From NCBI GenBank assembly GCA_029953675.1, contig JAMWBK010000010.1, forward strand, positions 1,178,001 through 1,242,000: 64,000 nt of DNA, written 5' to 3'. This DNA comes from Rhodosorus marinus CCMP1338. Taxonomy: Eukaryota; Plantae; Rhodophyta. Each line of letters begins with the position of its first letter. The first letter of the stretch is position 1. Position numbers and translations under genes: made by a program. The notes beneath the pieces were generated by a model. It was not told the DNA's origin. It worked only from the letters and a program-made list of their open reading frames with translations, and made no database searches. Of the stretch, positions 52,587-61,183 are shown one piece after another.

Positions 52587-53181
52587 AAAACCCCCACTGT
52601 CAGGTACGTTGAACAATGATTTGAATATAATAATTAGATTAATCTGGGTCCAATGGTTGATGAAGATGTGCCTGGGAGACGGTAAAATAAACGGCGGAGC
52701 TTGTTGGAAATATTGACTGCGTGCCCTGTCGCAAGCGGGCTATATTAACCGAGAGGGAAGTTAGCGGAGTGGCGCAAACGCGAATTCCCCCATCGTCAGA
52801 AGTTAAGCAGTCGACAAGCAGATAGAGGTGACGTCATAGGAGCCAAGCGAGATTGCCACAAACAGCAAAAGACATGACACCTCTTTGGACGGGTCTTCGA
52901 CTTTTCAGATTATACTTCGTGTTCTTCGCAATGCTCCGAGCTGTCTCTGTCTCTCTGGCCCTCGAAAGCTGCTTTGCTGTTGGACGCGAGTAAAGAGCGT
53001 CTCCCTTTTCGCTTCTACGCGCCGAATGAAGTGATCATCGTCTATTGTCACTCTCATCCAACTAGAAGAGGAGCGGTCAGTCTACCGGGGTAGTATTAAA
53101 ACTTAGTGCAATATGAGAGTCTGTCACTCTTCCGCATGCAGATGCGGAGCGGTCAGCACAACCAGGTAAGTATGTAGATAC

Positions 53182-53225
53182 GAGAGTGATATGAGAGTCC
53201 GTGGCAGGACTCTCATATCACTCTC
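53182..53225. repeat. Perfect 19-bp-stem / 6-nt-loop hairpin in a patch of short local repeats
   Basis: GAGAGTGATATGAGAGTCC-GTGGCA-GGACTCTCATATCACTCTC. Confidence 0.92.
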
Positions 53226-55553
53226 CAGATGTCAGATCGCGACCATCTGGCCAATCCACCATCGGTATGTGTAAACAATCTAATGTTTGTTTGCCGAAAA
53301 AAAAATCGTCGCAATGATCCTGCTTGCAAAGGGTGCAGGGTCTCTAGGGAATTAAATTGTATGTAAAACAATATTTTGATTGGCTCCATCGCGAAGCATT
53401 ATTTGTCCACGGCGTGGATAAATTTCGATGAGCGCTCAATCCTATAAAACTTAAATTATGTAGTGAACATCTGCACTTTGAATTGCTGGTGAACTTGGAA
53501 CTGCACCCTCCCTTTCCGGATCCTACCATCAGTTTGATCCCGCATAACCGAATATGCCTCCATAGAGAACCAAACATTCCGTCTTTGTCTTTGGTTGGGA
53601 TGCCTGTGATTGGAAAACCAAGGAAAAGGAAAGGAAAAACATTGGAGGATACGCTCAGCATGTCGGAACTATCAAAACCTTTTCTTGGGAGGGATCAAAA
53701 AACACCCAGTTTTCCTCGATTTTCTCTTTGGAACAGATGATATGTGCGGTCGGCCATTTGGCGTAAATCTTCTCTACTAACTAAAGGACAAAGCTCAAGA
53801 TTCTACGTAATTCTACAATTTCTTCTCAAAATATACTCCAGTGATGCTTTCCTCCTTTGGCTTTTAGGTATTGGGCTTGCAAAGGGTACACCGGGAAGAA
53901 GACAAGAAGAAAGGTTTCGTTGGCGACAGGGGGGCAGGGGGTACTTTGATGGCTGCTGTGCGTGCCGCTCCAAAACAAAATGGGACATCGGCAATCAAAT
54001 CTGGAATAAATGTGAAGATCCGCGAGAACGTGCTAACGACAATAGTAACGTCGATAGTATCAATCCGTATGAGATCAATCACTATAGTATCAATCACCAT
54101 GGATGGTACATTAGATCTGCCGACGCGAGAAGCAGATCTTCCTCACAGACAGTATCAGGGCTACTAGTGAAGTGAAGGGCTTAGTGTTCATTGGGAAGCG
54201 GTAGAAAAGGCAGAGAGGAGGGGAAAGGAATAGAATAAAAGAACAGAATTTCCTTGGGTTTGGGTTAAGATGGCGGGTTTCATCGCTGCGTCTGATTTCC
54301 ATTATCTTTGGCATAGAGTCAGTGGCTTTCGTCGCGATCTGTCATTGGAGACCTTTTAGAGTGGTTATATCCTGCTTTAGGTCGATACCGTGTTCAGGGG
54401 GTTTCGTAGGAGATTTAGTTTTACAATAAAATAAAGACAGCTTTGCAAGACAAATTTTCAAGTATGTTGAAACTCAGATCATTGGACAAGGAGAAACGAT
54501 TGGACTTTTTATCAACTAAGAGGTTTTTGGTTGGCCTTGAAAAGTGGTTCAACAGAAACGAACGAGCAGTCAGTCCATAAGTTAAAATGATTGATAATTG
54601 TATCAATTAGTGGCTTTTTTTCAAATTCAATAGCTATTAGATTTCACAGGTGGCGGCCATAATTTTTGTCCCAGCTCTGTTCTGCGAGGTTCGACATGTC
54701 TGATCTTCTTTCCCCCCCGCCCCCAAGAAAACCGCGAACCACGGACCACGGTAGCACGTCCTCTACCCCCTTAAGAAAGAAAACTTTCTTCTCAGAAAGC
54801 GATTAATATATAACAATTTATGGCAACAGTGCACTGTTTGAAAGTAATATTTGGGATACATCTGTAATTATTTTGGTAATTAATATCAAAGCTAAGAATC
54901 CATATATTTTCAGCTCCACCTTTTACTCAATTAGATGAAATAAATTTTAGAGAAGTTTCCATGTTTCTCACAGAATCTTGTCCTCGCCCTCGAGCCTTGG
55001 GTACGACCACCCTTTTCGAGAATTCTACACTTTTTTTGTACTTTGTACCAAAGGATTGCAGCGCGCATAAATATCTGAGCGAAACGGGCTGCTCTGTCAA
55101 AGCACTCGTGTCACGCCTTGCTCGTGAATTGCGTTTATTTTTGATCTAAGAATGATTAGCTCTAGTTTTAAGATGATATGTTGGCACGGTTTTTTACTGA
55201 AATATTCCCAAATTCGCGCTTTGGAGAAGACGATCTACGTGCGGACCGCCATTTACTGAAATATTAGAAAATTTGGATGGGTGGATGGATTTACTAGTAA
55301 ACTTTCTCCCTCGAAAAGGGAGGGTAGAGATAGCCTGCCACACAAGAATATAGAAACATATGCAATACGATAAAATGGAATATTTACGTCTCTTTTCTCG
55401 GACAAAGTCAAGTGGACACTGAGTTCCGCTGGTTTTTCTACTTTCGGGTTTTTTTTTCCAGTCTTTGATTAAAGAGATTTACAAATACAGCTTGCGGCAA
55501 AACAAAAAAAATCATTGGGACTCTGAATAAATTAGACGACTACTTACTATAAT

Positions 55554-55676
55554 TAGGGTTGTGCCAAGTGAGTTGGGTTTTTCGATGTTTACCCCTCTAA
55601 ACCCCCCTGTTTTCGTGGGTTTAACCACTTCTGGGTCGTAAACATCGAGAAACCTGACCCACTTGGCACAGCACTA
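55554..55676. mobile_element. hAT-type MITE (~123 bp)
   Basis: Imperfect ~39-bp terminal inverted repeats starting TAGGGTTGTGCCAAGTG / TAGTGCTGTGCCAAGTG. Flanking direct repeat CTATAAT (8-bp ACTATAAT if the terminal A is shared). Confidence 0.75.
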
Positions 55677-56259
55677 CTATAATCGTGTAAAAACTTGTGG
55701 GAAAACCTCCCCCTCACTGTTTTATCCCTCAGTCAATATCGGTTTGAGGGCTGAGAAAACGCGGAAAACGCGGAAAACGCGAAAAAAAGCCTTATGAAAA
55801 ACTACAGGATATAATATACATACGATTACGGACCTTGAAGCCAATCTCCTTTAAGTTTTTTTTCGTATTGTTGGAAAGGGATGGAACGTATTTCCCACTA
55901 TCAGTAGATCAGGTCTTCATTTGTTTTTAATTAAATTGAACACGCACGATCATCCCCCACTTGGGCAGCCGCACCGTTAGTCACCACCGGATTGTCCTCA
56001 TCTAAAAGTTTCGTTTTTTTGTTGTTCTTTCTCCGGCAGAGCTTTTTATTTTGGCGGCACGTTAAACAGATGGACGGACGTTTTGGCCCAAGTTTTTCTG
56101 TTGAAGATAGTTATTTGCCGGCTGGGGAGAGCGCCATGGATTTGCCGAAGCCAGTATGAGACGTCGCAAAGAGTTGAAATATGCGGGGGGCCTTGTTTCC
56201 CCCCTGCATTCGTGCTTCAGCTCTAGCTCATCGCCTGGTACCTCTGGTCATTGAGTCTT

Positions 56260-56470
56260 TGAGTTCATTGATTCCGTTCTCGTTGGCTTCAGGAATTGTT
56301 CCGCGAACGCCTGTGACCGTCTGTCCTCGTTGGTTTTCTCGTTTAAGTTTCTTGCTGTGTCGAATGAACGATGCTTTAATGTTGGAGCCGCGCGATCTTC
56401 GCCGCGCTTAGTCGTTTTTTTCCCGTCAGGGTTTTTTTCTTTCAGCCTCCGATTAAACTAATTCGTTCAG
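56260..56470 (+). repeat. Dispersed ~210-bp repeat (family member B) ending GATTAAACTAATTCGTTCA
   Basis: TTGATTCCGTTCTCGTTGGCTTC...CTTGCTGT...CTTTAATGTTGGAGCCGCGCGATC...TTTCAGCCTCCGATTAAAC aligns with the reverse complement of 45841-46060. Confidence 0.8.
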
Positions 56471-56765
56471 TTTTTCAAGAAATTCGCGTGCAATGTATAC
56501 TTCCTGATTGAACGATGTTGGTAAAACACAATGTTTTTTACTTGCTCTAAATTGAAAAATTAAATTCTAACTTTAACCAGAAAAAGGTAGCTTGATAGTT
56601 CAAAAAAAAGCTCAGTCAATATAATTATCCTGATTGGTTGCTTCCATTTTGATAAAAAATACAAAGTTTTTACTGACGGTGTATAAAAAACTAAAAACTA
56701 AAAACTAAAAACTAAATCGCACCGCATCGTCTTCGATCAAAATTCTATTATAAATCGAAGTGGGT

Positions 56766-56855
56766 GATCGATGGTGTTACGCGAACCCTACCTCCGGCAA
56801 AGAAGGCTTTGATCGATAGTGTTACGCGAACAATACCACCGGCAAAGAAGGCTTT
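56766..56855. repeat. 45-bp tandem duplication
   Basis: GATCGAT(G/A)GTGTTACGCGAAC..TACC.CCGGCAAAGAAGGCTTT occurs twice. Confidence 0.9.
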
Positions 56856-57299
56856 GAAGAAGCTTGGTGAACAGCTCCGATCCTTTGCGCTATAAGTCCT
56901 TCTCGAACTGATGTTGTTCACGCTCAAACACCATGCGCTGCGATCAACAAACCTTACCCCGGCAACTCTCTCGAGTTCCAAAAATCTTATTCGTAAACCA
57001 CTTCCCCAAAAGTCGTCTCTCTCTTTGTCTGTATCTCTACACCCCCTCCCCTTTGGACTGAGGAACTACTTGTGCATCTCCCTCGTCAAAAACGACGACT
57101 TGTCAACCATAAATTGTAGGTAGACCTGCACATGCCTGAGAGTCCCCGGTTTAGCTTTGGTTTTCTATTTGCCGTGAGTAAAAACTTTGTATTTTCTATC
57201 AAAAGCAACCATGGGCTTTGTCCCATAAAAGGTTTGATAACGACCGATTGCGTCCGATATTTTTCAATGCCTCTTTTTGGGTGGATGGTCGTTCGCTGT

Positions 57300-57570
57300 T
57301 GGGCTTTGGGACTCTCGCTTGGCGAAATAGCAGTGCTGAATGATTACGCTGGCGAAATAAACCCATTCGAGTATTGGCGAAACGCAGAGAGGCTCCTTGA
57401 GCCAAGTCCCCCGATTCGTTCTCGGATACTGCCATCACATAGCCGAGACTGTTTTTATCTGCGAAAAGCACGAAGACGCAAATCAGAAACAGGCTCGACC
57501 TTGCGAAGCTCAAAAAACTTGAAGCAATTAAACTCTTTCATCGCACATCCCAGCCGAGGAACCGCAATCG
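57300..57570 (+). pseudogene. Frameshifted hAT transposase C-terminal dimerisation-domain remnant
   Basis: INPFEYWRNAE, then (other frames) SLSQVPRFVLG and RLFLSAKSTKTQIRNRLDLAKLKKLEAIK, resembling the hATC W...L...ERxFS...RNRL pattern. Confidence 0.6.
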
Positions 57571-58539
57571 CGACCGGCGGATGTTGCCGCTGTTTGAGAA
57601 AGTGCGCTTGTCGACGAAGAATCATTTTCCGACCCCGAAGTGCATGCGTGGGAGGCCGAGAAGGAACAGTCAGAGCCCCAGCGCGAAGGGCCAACTCGAA
57701 TCGAGGAAGAGCTGTGCGCCGTGGATGATCAAACGTTTCCGACGGAGAGGAAGTTCCCCACTTGTTGTCGGAGCCAGAACTCGAAGAAGAAGAAGAAGAT
57801 TACACGGGACACCTTGGAAATTCAGCAGACGCTCATATCTTCGGACACACCCGCGGCGGCTAGAATGGAGATGGAGATCACTATGCTCATCTGCTCTCGG
57901 AAGAGCTCTCCATCATGGAGGGTAGACAGGACGGGTTTCGGTTCTTGAATACTATTGACGCCTCCACGAGCATGAGATATATGTTTAGGAGTACGTTCGA
58001 GATCATCCTGAGAAGTCTGGGCGCATCTATTGACTAGCAGTACAATATTCCTAATAAAGCAAGCCTCAAGCCTCATATAAGAATGCTCATACTGGAAGGC
58101 CCTAGCTTTTGATTTCACAAACAACCGCTCGTAAACGCATAACATTCAATAGCTGCTATCTTAAGTTTACGCGTTGCTCCGCGCATATTTAAGATTTCGG
58201 AGGAATCATCCAGACTCTGGGCTTGATGTACAACCAACGGCATTGCGGGCACAAGAATTCTCCAACTTCATTCTTAGGTACACATATCTTGAAGCAACTC
58301 ATGGTTGCCAACCTACTGAAGCTACTGGTCATGTGACTCGAAGGACCAGTCCAGTCGGCTTGCTCCGAGGGTAGCTCCCGCGGGGCTAGGGAAAACGCAC
58401 GGCACAAAGAACTCGCCTCGAGAACAATGGCGGTTGAACTCCGCCACTGGGTTAACCCAAGAAGATACTGAAACGCGACCAAACATGTGGTCGATCCCCA
58501 AAGTACTCACGCTACCAGAGGACATGAGAAAACTCCCTT

Positions 58540-58750
58540 CGCAATGCGCTTGGGCTACTCCCAGTCCTTGCCACCTTAACCGCCTTCTTCAGCCAGTGCC
58601 ATGATAGCCTAGTACACCCTCCGCAACCACCTCTACTCGTTGCATTGCAGATCTCCTGGTCTCGGACGCAGCCGCCAGACGTGCAGCATATATGGACCTC
58701 GCTGTCACTTGCCCTGTGTCAGGTACTTATCTCCCTTCTGCCGCTAATGC
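58540..58750 (+). mobile_element. Old CRE RLE-region fragment
   Basis: CIADLLVSDAAARRAAYMDLAVTCPVSG aligns with CIADLLVSDAAARRSTYVDLAITCPVAS of copy 2. Confidence 0.8.
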
Positions 58751-58972
58751 CGGAGATGATTGATTATTGGACTAACGTTGATTGAATATCGGACGATTTA
58801 TCGCACCCGTTTATCGGACGGGCAATCGGACCTGTTTTTTCAAAGAATGTCAATCAGACACCCCCCCCTTTTATTCCGTTCTGCAATAGTGTATCCACTT
58901 CAAAAAACTATCGGACCGTCCGCTAAACGTTATCGGACGGCCCACGACAACCTTAGCATGTGGTGGTTTACT

Positions 58973-60431
58973 GGCTTTATTAGCATAGCCTAAAGCGCTA
59001 CGCAAACCTTGAAAAGGCACTAACAACTAGGTAGGGGAGCGTGCAAACCAAGGTGCCGATGGCGCGCCTCGGCATGCATGCTGCTCGAATATCGCCACAG
59101 AGAGACATTTAAACGCCGCAAAAGTTCCAAGTATTCAACAGGATGCTCAGTGAAACATTTCCGCAACCATTCCAAACCCGCCTTCTGCACGTGACGAAAG
59201 CTTTCCACAATGAAAGGTTGCCTCGCGCTGAGGGTCGGGGGAGCGACCTCAGCGCGAGGCAGACTGGCCATACTCTCAGCATACCGTCGTTCCTTCACGC
59301 GGCGAAGGGCCGAAGCAGCTGATCCCCGGCGGCGGGCGGCAGCCGTGAGATGGGCGCTTTCCACTGGGCATGTAATCTCGAGGTCAACATATGCTGAGCG
59401 TCTGGTGGCAGCATCGGAGACGAGGAGATCTACGATCAGCGGGGCGGTGCCCTATCCGAGATCGATCTGGGTAGTTCCGATTCCACCTCGACCGTATGCC
59501 CTACCCGAGTCAAACATTCGCTGAGAATGTACTTGAAGCGAGTGTGACGCCTCGTACGAAGACCTCTCAACAGCCCGCATGAACCTAAGAAATGGTAACC
59601 ACAAGCATCGATCCGACTCTCACATCCCTGACAGAAAGACGGCCGATTAGAGTGCCACGGAGCTTGTGGCAAACCCAGGTAAATCCGTGCGGCAGAGCGA
59701 AGCTGGAAGGCATCCAGACGGTGACCCAGTGATGACGGCAGGGTCGTTAACCCCAAATGTGATAGATGGCCTCCCATGCCGCGGAGGCGAGCGGCGGTGG
59801 TATGCGGTGTGAGGGGAGAGTTGAGCAAGATTGCGTGAGCGGCGCTGTGTTGACCCCAGGTGAGGCTATGTTGAATCACATCAGTGCGCGAGCTCCACAA
59901 TCGGCTCAGACCCGGGTAATCGGCAACCGGTGACCCAGGGCTAGCCCCCCCCCCTCGTCGGCGAGTACTCTGTCGATGGGAGAGTCCTCGAGCGCCTCAA
60001 TTCGTCCCCATAACAGCTCCTTCCAGGAGCGAAATCTGGATCGGCTCTCGTCCGGCACGGCGTTGCACTTACTGAACGCCTGTTGCAGAGCAACAGGCGT
60101 TCAGTCAAGAATCGGTAACCAGATGGACACGTGGGACGTGTCAAACTTGTACACGAAGACATTTTCAGTGCAACGAGTCATAGATACTCAAAAGCGGTGG
60201 CGGAAGGGTCACGGGGTCTTCGCAAGTCAGTGCTCTAGCCAAAAGGCAAGCACTTCGCATCCGAAAACTCACCAAGGTGCGAAGCGCGGTAGCCCAGGAG
60301 GCGACCGCCGCAGCCGAGCATACGAGTCCACGGTCGGCCACTCCAAATTCGCCTAATCGTAAAGGTAGGGCAATCTGGCCACGAATTAGGTCCCTGTCAG
60401 GAGCCGCTTCCACATCCAGAGGTTCATCCAA
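58973..60431 (-). mobile_element. CRE-clade copy 4: 5'-truncated and frameshifted, inserted into the tail of an older copy
   Basis: GQIALPLRLGEFG...AAAVASW through RLE and the 3' UTR. TSD TGGTGG(T/C)TTACT at 58961-58972 and 60432-60443. Confidence 0.9.
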
Positions 60432-60513
60432 TGGTGGCTTACTAGCATAGCCTGATGCGCTACGCAAGACGTAAAAGGAAATTAGGAACTAGGAGAAGGG
60501 CATGTAAGCCCAC
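60432..60513 (-). mobile_element. Older ~80-bp CRE 3'-end insertion that hosts copy 4
   Basis: TTGCGTAGCGCATCAGGCTATGCTAGTAAGCCACC tail. Outer TSD ACCTTAG(C/T)ATGT at 58950-58961 and 60514-60525. Confidence 0.8.
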
Positions 60514-60522
60514 ACCTTAGTA

Positions 60523-60715
60523 TGTTCAATGAACTTGTTTAATGGGGGACTGATGGAAAAACCCCCGAGGGGCAAAAAGACTACGCGCGGGGAGATCGCG
60601 CGCCTCCAGCATCAATGCAGCGTTCACACGCCACAGCAAGAAACTAAAACGGGTAAACAACGAGGAGAGACGGTCAGGGCGTTGGGGGAACAACACTCGC
60701 CAAACGAGAACTGAT
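60523..60715 (-). repeat. Dispersed ATTAAAC-(ATTC)n repeat family member C (paralogue of A within the segmental duplication)
   Basis: The reverse complement aligns with members A and B. Confidence 0.78.
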
Positions 60716-61183
60716 GAACCCGATATGTCAGCTCCGAAATTACTTCGTTATTCAAGAAAGATATTGATTCTTAGATTAGGATGTTTAAAAATTGGCTAAA
60801 ATAATCTCAAAATGAAGAATGATACAGGATTCCGATACGAATGGATAACGGAAGCGGACAACAGAAGAGTGCACAAGTGCTGTCTTGCGAACATATTTTA
60901 TAGTCACAAAAGCAACTCCGTTCAGCTCGGCGCAAGCCGAGCGCAAACCCTCTCAAACACAAGCAAATGCCTGCTCATGCCCCATATTTTTCCAGTAGTA
61001 TTAAACCATTCGTTCGTGTATGGCTTGGCTTACGGCCTCGACTGCCAAATCAGACTTCAATCTCGAACAAAAAATTGCCACGGGCAAGTAGTTTTACATT
61101 AGATAACTGAGCAGTTAAGCTCGTGTTGCGCAGGTCCAGCGCAGCAAGCAAGCTGGCCATATCAATCAATGCACAGACTTTTC

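Noticed and set aside
53344-54314. Cluster of 60-140-aa ORFs on both strands
   Set aside because: Low-complexity or compositionally random translations with no motifs.
55750-56855. Short tandem repeats (GAAAACGCG)x3, (AAAACT)x4-5 and the 45-bp duplication as a CRISPR-like or telomeric array
   Set aside because: No unique spacers and too few units; these are ordinary slippage repeats in eukaryotic DNA.
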